Source: Bacteroidales bacterium
GTDB lineage: Bacteria > Bacteroidota > Bacteroidia > Bacteroidales > VadinHA17
Assembly (NCBI GenBank): GCA_032260385.1
Contig: JAVVEL010000008.1
Span: 7,313 to 71,312 of the forward strand
DNA length: 64,000 bases
Direction of reading: 5' to 3'
A program made the translations under genes and the position numbers. The notes below the pieces were generated by a model. The model did not search any database. It worked only from the letters and a program-made list of their open reading frames with translations, and had not been told where the DNA came from. Below, in pieces: positions 19,443 through 27,970 of the stretch. Position 1 is the first letter of the stretch. Each line of letters starts with the position of its first letter.

Positions 19443-20336
19443 TCAGGAAATATAAGTCCTTACCTGCTCGTAATTAACCATGGCCACGGCAGCTGAGTGT
19501 ACAAAGGCTTTGCTTAAAACCCATTCAACGGCCTGCCTGTATGCTGGTTCATCATCACCATTGTGAGAATAAGGACCTGCCGAGCAGGTTTTCATTGCCA
19601 CTATGCCCGTCCCCATACCGGCAGCCTTCTCCAGTTCCTCAAGCAATACTTCCTGGTCCCACATGGCTGACCATCCTGAGAGTGAATGAGTGAATCCGCC
19701 CTTAAAATTGAAGGGGTGCATTATGATATCATAAAACTTGTCAGTGTTGTTCTTCTTCAACAGGCCCAGGCTGTAATCATGTGATGAAAAACCGTGTGCC
19801 CGGATTGTCCCATCCTTCTTTTGCTTCTCATAAAACTCGAGTACGGCATCATGGTAGGTAAGAGCTTCATGTTCGGCACTGTGAAAAAGCATAATGTCAA
19901 TATAGTCGGAAGCCAGTGCTTCAAGGCTTTCTGCAATTCGTTTTTCAAGGATTTCCTTTATTTCAGTATGACCTCTCCTGCCTTTCCCTTCATATTTTAG
20001 CTCATCGGACTCAAGATGCATCTTTGACTGTATCACAACTTCTTTCCTCCTGCCTTTGACAGCCCTTCCAACCAGTCTTTCATTATTTCCTCTAGCATAG
20101 GATCGACCGGTATCAAGGAAATTTATCCCATTGTCAAGCGCAAAACGTATAAGCCCTTCATCATTCGTTCTTGAAGCACCAAAGCAGAGAGGCGTTACGT
20201 GGATCCCTGTATTCCCCAGTTCGGTCGTTAGAGCTTTTTCCTCCTTACCATTGTATGACCTGCCCGACAATAAGCCCAGGCTCACAATCCCCGCTCCTGT
20301 TTTTGTGATAAACTCTTTCCTGGTGATCTTTCTCAT
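19443..20336 (-). CDS. aldo/keto reductase with Tat-like signal
   Basis: AKR blocks (GINFLDTGRSY, VIQSK, HSAEH). The start is moved to ATG 20336 (MRKITRKEFITKTGAGIVSLGLL, a Tat-like RK-x-F-I signal). The track's extra 69 N-terminal residues look non-coding. Confidence 0.8.
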   Translation of the reverse strand: MRKITRKEFITKTGAGIVSLGLLSGRSYNGKEEKALTTELGNTGIHVTPLCFGASRTNDEGLIRFALDNGINFLDTGRSYARGNNERLVGRAVKGRRKEVVIQSKMHLESDELKYEGKGRRGHTEIKEILEKRIAESLEALASDYIDIMLFHSAEHEALTYHDAVLEFYEKQKKDGTIRAHGFSSHDYSLGLLKKNNTDKFYDIIMHPFNFKGGFTHSLSGWSAMWDQEVLLEELEKAAGMGTGIVAMKTCSAGPYSHNGDDEPAYRQAVEWVLSKAFVHSAAVAMVNYEQVRTYIS

Positions 20337-20496
20337 ATTTTCCCATGATTTATGAGCTGATAAATATACAAATTCTATCATAAGGACTGTGACCGGTAAT
20401 AAGATTATTGAGACAATCCCGGATACTGCTTTGAAGTCAATTTTTATGTTTAATTTTATTCTATCTTGTGACAGGGAAAATTTTAAAAAAGAGCTT

Positions 20497-20913
20497 ATGA
20501 AAAATCTTGGTGTTTCAATAATTCTTCTGGGCGCTTTATTCATCTTATCCTGCGAAAAGGAGCCGGATGAGGTGTCTGATCGTTTTAAGTTTCTGACAGG
20601 TACTGTATGGTTATCGGATAGTTTGTTGGTTAATGGCCATGACGGGAGCTACCCCGGTGGCCCCCTGGAAAATTTCAAGGGCGAAGCAATTTTCAATGAA
20701 GATGGCACCGGGACCTTCGGGATTTATACCGGTACATGGAAATTTGAACAGAACGAGACTGTTCTTAAAATTACATCGCCAAGTCTTCTTACTGTTCTTA
20801 CAACACAGGTTGTGGAACTTACAGCCACGTCCCTGAAAATAACAACTCCATTCTATAACTCGGAAAACCCTGCAGAACCCTTGAATATACGGATGACATT
20901 CAAACCAAAATAA
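20497..20913 (+). CDS. small lipoprotein, lipocalin-like, function unknown
   Basis: Lipobox LFILSC after MKNLGVSIILLGA. About 120 mature residues are rich in beta-strand-like segments. It lies 6 nt upstream of the TonB-dependent receptor gene. Confidence 0.55.
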   Translation: MKNLGVSIILLGALFILSCEKEPDEVSDRFKFLTGTVWLSDSLLVNGHDGSYPGGPLENFKGEAIFNEDGTGTFGIYTGTWKFEQNETVLKITSPSLLTVLTTQVVELTATSLKITTPFYNSENPAEPLNIRMTFKPK

Positions 20914-20919
20914 TTTCCT

Positions 20920-23214
20920 TTGAAACTGGCGGTGACAGATCATGCGGCAGACCAGAAGCTTAAGGGCAGATTGATCGGTTCAATTTTTTTGATCATTATG
21001 CTTTTCCCGTTTATTGTGGCAACGGGGGCTGAAGGTAAGGGCTATATAAAAGGACGGGTGTCTGACAGCCTGACACTTGAACCTCTGTCATATGCCACAG
21101 TTATATACGGAAGGGACAGGGGCACTGCCACGGACAGGGATGGATTTTATTTTATTGCAGCTTCTCCCGGGAATATTAAGCTTACCTTTAAATATGTAGG
21201 TTATCTTAGCCTGACGCGTTCGGTGAATGTCATTGAGGGTGATACAGTTTTTCTGGATGTGCGACTTGAATATGATGTTGCGGATATTGACCAGGTTGTA
21301 ATAAGTGCCGGCAAGGTAGAACAAAGAGTTGCAGAGCTTACTGTTTCCATGCACATCATAAAACCTGAATTGCTCTCTTATTCACATATAGCAGATGCAG
21401 CCGAGCTCATTAAGATGACCCCGGGTATTGAGATTCTCGACGGGCAGGCATCAATTCGCGGGGGAAGTGGGTTCAGTTATGGTGCCGGGAGCAGGGTTCT
21501 GACACTGATTGACGGCCTGCCGGTCCTGTCAGCCGATGCAGGAAATATAAAGTGGCAGTTTCTGCCAATGGAAAATATTTCCCAGATAGAAATTATAAAG
21601 GGTGCTTCTTCTGTTTTATACGGCTCGTCAGCCCTTAACGGGATAGTGAATTTCCGCACCGCCGAAGCAGGCAGCGAGCCGCTTACAAAATTCTATGTTG
21701 AAACCGGCATGTTTGACAGCCCGCGTAAAGAAGAATGGAAGTGGTGGGACAGTCCGAGGATTTATGCCAGCACGTCCCTGTCACATTTGCAGAAGACTGG
21801 AAATACCGGGCTTGGTATGGGAATCTACATGCTGAATGACAGGGGCTACAGAAAACTGAACCATGAAAGGCTCGGAAGAATGAACCTGAAAATAAGACAT
21901 GATAACGCCGTGGTCAAAGGTCTTGCTTATGGCATCAATCTGACCGGCGGTAAAACCGGGAAGATTGATTTTGTCCTATGGGAAGATGCCTCGCAGGGTG
22001 CTCTTAAACAGCAGGAAGCAACTGCAAATGAACTCATTGGCAGCCTTTTTGCCCTTGATCCCTGGGTAAGTTATGAAAAAGGCGAAAAATACAGTCACAC
22101 ACTGAGAACAAGGTTTCAGTTATCCGATAACAAATTTCCTGAAGCCGGATTTAACAACAGCAGGGCTGCCTCTTTCCTGGCCGAATACCAGTCTGTTTAC
22201 AGCGTATTTACCTGGTTAAACATTAACCTGGGACTATCCCAAAACTACAGCAGCATTATTTCAGAATTTTATGGTGATCATAAGGCTCTTAACCTTGCAG
22301 CCTACAGTCAGCTGGATATTACTCCCGTTGACAGGTTGAAGCTTGTTGGCGGCCTGAGAATAGAGAATAATAACCTTGATGGTGAAAGGGATGAAATCAT
22401 TCCCCTTTTCAGGGCGGGAATTAATTACCGGGTAGCAGATTACACATTTCTGAGGGCTTCATTCGGACAGGGATACAGGTATCCTTCCATTGCAGAGAAG
22501 CATGCTGCTACCACACTGGGCTCTATAACCATAGTCCCCAACCCTGAGATTCTGCCCGAATCAGGATGGAGCACAGAAATTGGTGTCAGGCATGGGCTGC
22601 TTAAAGGAAGCCTTAACGGACAGGTTGACATGGCCCTGTTTTATTCACGTAACATTAATATGATAGAATATCTCTTCGGTATATACCAGGTTCCGGGGGG
22701 TCTTGGATTCAGAGCCGACAATGTTGAACAGTCAAGGGTCTACGGCTGCGAGGTCGAATTTTCCGTGACAGGCAGTGCCGGAGGATTTCAAAACTCATTT
22801 ACCGGGGGCTATACCTTTATTTACCCGGTGGAATTTGATCCCCTGACAGGAAGAAATAAAGATACTTTCCTTAAGTACAGGCGAAAACACTCTTTAAAGC
22901 TGAACCTTAACAGCACTTATCGTAATTACGATTTTGGCTTTCTGTTTCATGCTGCATCGCGGATGCTTAACATAGATAAGATTTTTCTTGACGAGGAGAT
23001 TAATATCCTGCCCGGATTTGCTGATTACTGGAGTGAATCAAACCGGGGATATTTTGTCGTTGATCCCCACCTGGGCTATACAATAAACCAGAGATTCAGA
23101 CTTTCACTGACAGTAAAGAATGTATTTAATACTGAATACATGGGTCGCCCCGGAGATATTTTGCCTCACAGGAACTTCAGCCTCCGCTTTTCCGGTAACC
23201 TTACAAAACAATAA
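20920..23214 (+). CDS. TonB-dependent outer-membrane receptor with N-terminal carboxypeptidase-regulatory-like domain
   Basis: CarbopepD_reg-like GYIKGRVSD...DGFYFI...KYVGY, plug motifs (IEIIKGASSVLYGSSALNGIVNF) and a C-terminal barrel ending ...NFSLRFSG. The start codon is uncertain. The track uses TTG 20920. Confidence 0.85.
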   Translation: MKLAVTDHAADQKLKGRLIGSIFLIIMLFPFIVATGAEGKGYIKGRVSDSLTLEPLSYATVIYGRDRGTATDRDGFYFIAASPGNIKLTFKYVGYLSLTRSVNVIEGDTVFLDVRLEYDVADIDQVVISAGKVEQRVAELTVSMHIIKPELLSYSHIADAAELIKMTPGIEILDGQASIRGGSGFSYGAGSRVLTLIDGLPVLSADAGNIKWQFLPMENISQIEIIKGASSVLYGSSALNGIVNFRTAEAGSEPLTKFYVETGMFDSPRKEEWKWWDSPRIYASTSLSHLQKTGNTGLGMGIYMLNDRGYRKLNHERLGRMNLKIRHDNAVVKGLAYGINLTGGKTGKIDFVLWEDASQGALKQQEATANELIGSLFALDPWVSYEKGEKYSHTLRTRFQLSDNKFPEAGFNNSRAASFLAEYQSVYSVFTWLNINLGLSQNYSSIISEFYGDHKALNLAAYSQLDITPVDRLKLVGGLRIENNNLDGERDEIIPLFRAGINYRVADYTFLRASFGQGYRYPSIAEKHAATTLGSITIVPNPEILPESGWSTEIGVRHGLLKGSLNGQVDMALFYSRNINMIEYLFGIYQVPGGLGFRADNVEQSRVYGCEVEFSVTGSAGGFQNSFTGGYTFIYPVEFDPLTGRNKDTFLKYRRKHSLKLNLNSTYRNYDFGFLFHAASRMLNIDKIFLDEEINILPGFADYWSESNRGYFVVDPHLGYTINQRFRLSLTVKNVFNTEYMGRPGDILPHRNFSLRFSGNLTKQ

Positions 23215-23290
23215 ACAACAGCGAAGAAGCTATCCTTATTCAGCTTCAGTTTAAGTCCCGGCCTTTTCCGCCCTCCGAAGCCTCCCTGAC

Positions 23291-23466
23291 CTTCACGCTT
23301 TGCGCTCTGCGCTCTGCGCTTCACGCTTTGCACATTGTGCATTGCACTTCCCGCTCCCCGCTCTGCGCTCCCCGCTCTGCGCTCTGCGCTTTGCGCTCTG
23401 CGCTCCGCGCTCTGCCCTTTTTGCTCCCGTGCTCCCAGCTCTGCCCTTTGCGCTTAGCGCTCTGCC
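23291..23466. repeat. degenerate heptanucleotide tandem array, consensus CTCTGCG, 25 units
   Basis: Read unit by unit: cttcacg ctttgcg ctctgcg ctctgcg cttcacg ctttgca cattgtg cattgca cttcccg ctccccg ctctgcg ctccccg ctctgcg ctctgcg ctttgcg ctctgcg ctccgcg ctctgcc ctttttg ctcccgtg ctcccag ctctgcc ctttgcg cttagcg ctctgcc. The array fills the convergent gap between the TonB receptor and the peptidase and ends 4 nt from the peptidase stop. Confidence 0.9.
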
Positions 23467-23470
23467 TCTA

Positions 23471-25645
23471 TCAATACCCCATTACCCTTATCCCCGAAGC
23501 ATGCTCCCTGTCATGATAAATCCTTATGGTAGCTTCCTGGAAATCATCCTCATCACATTCATAGATATTCACAAACTTTTGCGGGTTCCTGTCCACCAGC
23601 GGGAACCAGCTGCTCTGGACGTGAATCATCAGCTTATGTCCCTTCTTGAATGTATGAGCTATATCAGGTACGCTGAAACTGACCTTTGTTATTTCACCGG
23701 GGACGAAGGCTTCGGGATTTTCAAAGCTGTTCCTGTACCTGCCCCTCATCACTTCACCTCTTACCAGCATCTGGTAACCGCCGAGCGACACATCAATATC
23801 AGCATCGGCAGGAGGGATTACCTGGTCGGGGAAAACATCAATGATCTTCACTATAAAGTCAGCATCGGTGCCGGTGGTTGACACATAAAGGTCAGCGCTT
23901 ACAGGGCCTGTGAGTGTAATGTCCTCAGTAAGTGTCTCAGTTTCATATACGAGCACATCAGGTCGTCTTGATGCAAACCTCTGGTCATCGATCATATAGA
24001 CGGCATCCCTGCGGAGGTGGACATCTTCCATGTAGGGTACGGGTTTGTCCGGGTCGGAAACATATTCATCAAAACTGCCTGATACTTCCGGTGCGCTGAA
24101 GCTTATCACTCCGTCCGGTTGCAGGTATATGGTTTTTTCACTTGCATCCTCCGGCGGCCAGTCACTGTATTTTTTCCACTGGTTTTCTCCCGTCATATAA
24201 ATGTATGCTTCAGCAAAATCTTCTTCCCCTTCACCCTTAAGGTAATAATTGAAGAAATCCACTTCCAGGTCATGGTACATGTCATTGGTGGACATCCCCC
24301 AGTATACATTACCCAGGTTTTCTGCTTCACCGCTTGCCCACTGTCCGTGCGACCATGGGCCCATAACCAGGTAGTTTGGGTGTTTGGCCCTGTTTTGCTC
24401 TTCTATCGATTTATAGGTATTGAGGGCACCCCACAGATCCTCAGCATCGAACCAGCCCCCTACGGTCATTACAGCCGGTGAAACATTCTTAAGGTGGGGC
24501 AGGGGCACCGTGGCCTTCCACCAGTCATCGTAGTTGGGATGCTGAAATAATTCATGCCAGTACCTGATTGAATCCGGAAATATTTTCCTGGTGTTTTTTA
24601 TCGGTCCCATTTCAAGGAAAAAATCATAGCTGTCTTCTGATCCCCACCTGAAATTGAGGGGGTAATTCCTGCGTGATTCACCCGGGTGGGGATCACCAAA
24701 GCTGGTATAAAAGCTGAAACCGTCGATAAGGAAGAAAGCCCCGTTATGATGCCAGTCATCACCCAGGAACCAGTTGGATACCGGGGCCTGGGGCGATACC
24801 GCCTTTATTGCCGGATGATCTGCCAGTATGGCCATGGTAGCATAAAACCCGGGGTAGGAGATGCCCGTAACCCCGACACTACCGTTATTGTTATTTACAT
24901 TTTTTATCAACCAGTCAACGGTATCGTAGGTGTCAGAGGCTTCGTCAAATTGCTTACCCTTCTTATTGGGGATGAAGGGTCTTACATTTACGTACTCACC
25001 TTCACTCATGTATCTGCCCCTTACATCCTGGAAAGCAAGTATATAACCTTCTTCGATAAATCTGTTATAAATGCTTACAAAGTAATTAAATGCGTCTTTA
25101 CCCTGGCCTTCAGCATTATAGGGAGTCCTGAAAAGCAGTATGGGCGCTTCCTCCGATGGCTCCCTGGGAGAATATATTGAAGTGAATAGCCTGGTGCCAT
25201 CCCTCATCTCGATATAAACCTCTTCCTTGTTATAAATTTCTTTCAGGGCGATGGCACTTCCTTCCGGTGGCTCAATCGGTTCACGCTCAAACCTCGCGGT
25301 GATGTTTATATCACCCTGCTTAAAATATCCTATTATTTGTGAATAAGCCGGGCCTGTGATACCTTCAAAGGAAAAGCCGGCAGGCACAAATGTAAACTCA
25401 AAATTGTAGTCATCAAGACTTACTGAAGTCAGGGGTATGCCCATGGCACCCTGTTCGGGAACATCAAAAGTCCCGGTGAGACCCGACTCGTTTTCAGTGA
25501 TGTGAAGGTTCATCGACAGGTAGATGCCCTGTATGTTCATGATTGAGTACCAGTCGCCGCTGATGGACTGCGCTGTTAATCCCGGGGAGATTAAACAGAG
25601 GGTAATCAGGGTAAATAAAGTACCGGTAAAGATTTTTCTTTTCAT
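23471..25645 (-). CDS. secreted CocE/NonD-family serine hydrolase (S15 X-Pro dipeptidyl-peptidase-like)
   Basis: 724 aa with a signal peptide. It has an alpha/beta-hydrolase core with nucleophile context GVTGISYPG and a C-terminal jelly-roll block typical of the family (VFPD...GYQMLVRGEVMRGRYR, IHVQSSWFPL). Confidence 0.8.
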   Translation of the reverse strand: MKRKIFTGTLFTLITLCLISPGLTAQSISGDWYSIMNIQGIYLSMNLHITENESGLTGTFDVPEQGAMGIPLTSVSLDDYNFEFTFVPAGFSFEGITGPAYSQIIGYFKQGDINITARFEREPIEPPEGSAIALKEIYNKEEVYIEMRDGTRLFTSIYSPREPSEEAPILLFRTPYNAEGQGKDAFNYFVSIYNRFIEEGYILAFQDVRGRYMSEGEYVNVRPFIPNKKGKQFDEASDTYDTVDWLIKNVNNNNGSVGVTGISYPGFYATMAILADHPAIKAVSPQAPVSNWFLGDDWHHNGAFFLIDGFSFYTSFGDPHPGESRRNYPLNFRWGSEDSYDFFLEMGPIKNTRKIFPDSIRYWHELFQHPNYDDWWKATVPLPHLKNVSPAVMTVGGWFDAEDLWGALNTYKSIEEQNRAKHPNYLVMGPWSHGQWASGEAENLGNVYWGMSTNDMYHDLEVDFFNYYLKGEGEEDFAEAYIYMTGENQWKKYSDWPPEDASEKTIYLQPDGVISFSAPEVSGSFDEYVSDPDKPVPYMEDVHLRRDAVYMIDDQRFASRRPDVLVYETETLTEDITLTGPVSADLYVSTTGTDADFIVKIIDVFPDQVIPPADADIDVSLGGYQMLVRGEVMRGRYRNSFENPEAFVPGEITKVSFSVPDIAHTFKKGHKLMIHVQSSWFPLVDRNPQKFVNIYECDEDDFQEATIRIYHDREHASGIRVMGY

Positions 25646-25834
25646 GCTGCTCTGGTTTTTATAAATGAATACGCGGGTAAGCCACCCCCGTAAATTTAGA
25701 TTATTATTTTTAATAGACTGATGATTTATTTAATTGTTGCACTGACAACCCTTAGATACGCTGGCAGGTTGCCATGCAAGCGTAACCATTGCCTCCTTCC
25801 TGTAGGTATCTCCTTATATAATACTCTATAAACC

Positions 25835-25862
25835 CTTTGCGCTACGCGCTTAGCGCTCAGCC
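25835..25862. repeat. four further units of the same heptamer family (ctttgcg ctacgcg cttagcg ctcagcc)
   Basis: Same orientation and near-identical unit order to the 23446..23466 end of the large array (ctttgcg cttagcg ctctgcc). It lies about 190 nt upstream of the peptidase start. Confidence 0.75.
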
Positions 25863-25957
25863 CGTTTCAAACGCCTTCTTAACTTCTTTTCTGCCTTAAC
25901 CCACAAATTATGCAGAAAATAAAAACCTGTTTCACAGCATATCTTCCTAAAATTGCT

Positions 25958-25965
25958 TAGCTTTG
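25958..25965 (+). promoter_or_regulatory. candidate -7 box TAGCTTTG
   Basis: Matches TAnnTTTG and ends 28 nt upstream of the ATG at 25994. Confidence 0.4.
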
Positions 25966-25993
25966 TAGATAATAATCTAAAATAAAAAGAATT

Positions 25994-26404
25994 ATGAAAC
26001 CACTTGTTAAAATTTTTATTTCACTTCTGGTACTTGCTATGGTATCATGCGGACAGTCACAAACAAAAGACGAGACAACTGTTGAGGATGTTCAGCAGGA
26101 AGCTGAGGAACTTGTAGAAGAAACCCAGGAACTCGTTTCAGGAGAATCTAGCGATTTTCAGAATAATATGGAAACAAAATTCCAGGAATTAAAAGACAAA
26201 TCCGGGGACCTGGCCGATGATGCGAAGGCTGAATATGAAGCAGCACTCCAGGAACTTAAAAGCCAGCGCGAAGCGCTTAATGAAAAAATGGAAGAATTCA
26301 AGAATGCAGCTGAAGATCAGAAGGAAGAGATGGGCAAAGAAATTCAAAACCTCCAGGATGCACTGAAAAAAAGCATCGAAGCATTCGAAGAGGAATATAA
26401 ATAA
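25994..26404 (+). CDS. small acidic coiled-coil lipoprotein, function unknown
   Basis: Lipobox LAMVSC. The mature part is very rich in E/K/Q/A with heptad-like character. I recognise no family. Confidence 0.6.
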   Translation: MKPLVKIFISLLVLAMVSCGQSQTKDETTVEDVQQEAEELVEETQELVSGESSDFQNNMETKFQELKDKSGDLADDAKAEYEAALQELKSQREALNEKMEEFKNAAEDQKEEMGKEIQNLQDALKKSIEAFEEEYK

Positions 26405-26465
26405 CTCCGGATTTTTATTACTGCCATTCGGTCAGTTTTTTTATTAGAACGAATTTAATAATTTT

Positions 26466-26505
26466 ACCTTTACGCCAGGAGTTTCTTACCTGCTGGTGTA
26501 AAGGT
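26466..26505 (+). other. strong stem-loop (13 bp including one G-T pair, 14-nt loop)
   Basis: ACCTTTACGCCAG ... CTGGTGTAAAGGT. It lies 60 nt after the 25994 gene stop and 30 nt before the ATG at 26535. The trailing sequence TATTTAATT is only weakly T-rich. Confidence 0.5.
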
Positions 26506-26534
26506 TATTTAATTGTATTACTTAAATATTGACA

Positions 26535-27461
26535 ATGAAAAATTACAGATTACGAATCCTGCCACTGGCTATCATTTCAATCTCCCTCCTGTTCATCTCC
26601 TCATGTAAAACACAGCACCAGGAAGCTGCAGGGGGTGAGGATACATTCAGCTTTGCCTTCCTTACCGATACCCATCTGCAGCCCGGGAAAAATGCAGCAG
26701 AAGGCTTTAGGCAGGCCATAGACACCGTTAACATGCTGAAGCCTGATTTCGTTATCACCGGTGGCGACCAGATAATGGATGCCCTCGGTCAGACTGAATC
26801 CAGGACTGACTCTCTGTACGATATGTATGTTGAGATGGCTGAATTGTTTGATATGCCGGTCTATAATACCATGGGAAACCACGAAGTCTTTGGTATCTAT
26901 GAACAGAGCGGTGTGGATGAAACACACCCTCTTTACGGTGAGAAGATGTATGAAGAGAGGATAGGAGAGAGGTATTATGCCTTCAACCATAAAGGCTGGA
27001 GGTTTTATATACTCGATTCAGTTGATGAGAGGGAAGATGGTTCTGGATATTATGGCCATGTCGACAGCCTGCAGATAGCCTGGCTTAAGGAAGACCTGGC
27101 AAATGTTGATCCCTCAACACCTATAGCAATCAGTGTGCACATACCCTTCATAACAATACAGACCCAGCTGGTAAATGGATCAACGGCTCCCAACAGCGAG
27201 GGGCTGGTGATTACCAATGCACGTGATGTCCTGCTTCTTTTCCAGGAGCATAACCTCAGGCTGGTCCTCCAGGGGCACCTCCACTTCCTCGAAGACCTCT
27301 ATGCCGGCGGTGTACACTTTATTACCGGTGGAGCAGTGTCATCCAGCTGGTGGAACGGTCCTCGCGGCGATCTCCAGGAAGGCTTCCTTCTGGTCCATCT
27401 CAATGGCGAGGATCTCGACTGGGAATACGTCGATTACGGCTGGGATGTGGCGGTGAATTGA
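26535..27461 (+). CDS. lipoprotein metallophosphoesterase (calcineurin-like)
   Basis: Lipobox LFISSC, then FLTDTHL, TGGDQ, GNHE and QGHLH motifs. The ATG is two codons after the track TTG. Confidence 0.8.
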   Translation: MKNYRLRILPLAIISISLLFISSCKTQHQEAAGGEDTFSFAFLTDTHLQPGKNAAEGFRQAIDTVNMLKPDFVITGGDQIMDALGQTESRTDSLYDMYVEMAELFDMPVYNTMGNHEVFGIYEQSGVDETHPLYGEKMYEERIGERYYAFNHKGWRFYILDSVDEREDGSGYYGHVDSLQIAWLKEDLANVDPSTPIAISVHIPFITIQTQLVNGSTAPNSEGLVITNARDVLLLFQEHNLRLVLQGHLHFLEDLYAGGVHFITGGAVSSSWWNGPRGDLQEGFLLVHLNGEDLDWEYVDYGWDVAVN

Positions 27462-27501
27462 GAATGGCTTCATCGAGCTCGTATCATTCGCCCCCGAAGT
27501 C

Positions 27502-27626
27502 CCGGGCTCGCGATCCATGGTGGGGTTCATTCAGAAAGAAAAACCGACCCGCTGTGCGAATTTACCGGATTGCTAGCCCTGCCGGGCTCGCGATCCATGG
27601 TGGGGTTCATACAGAAAGAAGAACCG
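27502..27626 (+). repeat. two 45-nt direct repeats with an 80-nt period
   Basis: Copy 1 is 27502..27546 and copy 2 is 27582..27626, both ccgggctcgcgatccatggtggggttcat[t/a]cagaaagaa[a/g]aaccg. They share 43 of 45 positions. The region is GC-rich relative to its surroundings. Confidence 0.9.
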
Positions 27627-27708
27627 GGGCTGCGAAGAGAATTCATGGATTACCTCACTCGCTTCGCTCGCTCGGTGATCCAGATTTGGGGTTATTCAAA
27701 ACAAAAAG

Positions 27709-27737
27709 CCGCTCCGCTACGCGGAGTTCGGTTTTTT
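27709..27737 (+). terminator. intrinsic terminator-like hairpin plus T6
   Basis: Stem CTCCGC / GCGGAG with a TAC loop, extended by CCG/CGG across a 2-nt bulge, then TTTTTT. It lies about 250 nt downstream of the nearest plus-strand stop (27461). Confidence 0.55.
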
Positions 27738-27782
27738 ATTTCCACCCCCTTACAAAAGCAAGCTTTTGACGGGGATGAAAAC

Positions 27783-27810
27783 AAAAAAACCGATCACTTA
27801 CGTGACCGGC
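27783..27810 (-). terminator. rho-independent terminator of tRNA-Val
   Basis: On the minus strand the sequence reads CCGGUCAC GUAA GUGAUCGG (8 bp, one G-U) followed by seven U. It begins 12 nt after the tRNA 3' end. The plus-strand version would carry an A-C mismatch. Confidence 0.75.
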
Positions 27811-27821
27811 TTTTTGTTTTG

Positions 27822-27896
27822 TGGGTAGTACTGGATTCGAACCAGTGACCCCCTGCTTGTAAGGCAGGTGCTCTGAACCAGCTGAGCTAACCACCC
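27822..27896 (-). tRNA. tRNA-Val (anticodon TAC)
   Basis: The 75-nt cloverleaf was folded by hand: acceptor GGGTGGT/ACTACCC, D arm GCTC-AGCTGGTTCA-GAGC, anticodon arm CCTGC-CTTACAA-GCAGG, T arm ACTGG-TTCGAAT-CCAGT, discriminator A. No CCA is encoded. Confidence 0.92.
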
Positions 27897-27908
27897 AAAA
27901 TGAGAGTG

Positions 27909-27916
27909 CAAATATA
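27909..27916 (-). promoter_or_regulatory. candidate -7 box TATATTTG for tRNA-Val
   Basis: Exact TAnnTTTG on the minus strand, ending 12 nt upstream of the mature tRNA 5' end. Confidence 0.45.
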
Positions 27917-27952
27917 GACCATTTTTTTTATTCATGAAAAAATATTTTTGAT

Positions 27953-27970
27953 TAATTGAGGCCTCAATTA
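27953..27970. repeat. 18-bp perfect palindrome TAATTGAGGCCTCAATTA
   Basis: Read directly from the sequence. It is immediately followed by a second inverted repeat, TTATGCC(n9)GGCATAA, at 27971..27993. Confidence 0.7.

Noticed and set aside
23300-23881. 193-aa and 62-aa plus-strand ORFs translating the heptamer array (ALCALRSAL... repeats)
   Set aside because: The low-complexity translation is a by-product of the 7-nt repeat, since three units make 21 nt. The longer ORF then runs antisense through the well-supported peptidase gene. There is no start context or recognisable fold.
27350-27848. ORFs of 139 aa and 92 aa across the repeat region and through tRNA-Val
   Set aside because: The translations are Arg/Ser/Gly-rich with no motifs. 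They overlap the metallophosphoesterase 3' end, the direct repeats, two terminators and the tRNA gene. The sequence looks like structured non-coding DNA.
27462-27896. Genomic-island attachment site at tRNA-Val
   Set aside because: The direct repeats near the tRNA do not match its 3' end (GGTTCGAATCCAGTACTACCCA). No integrase or other mobile-element gene lies on either side.
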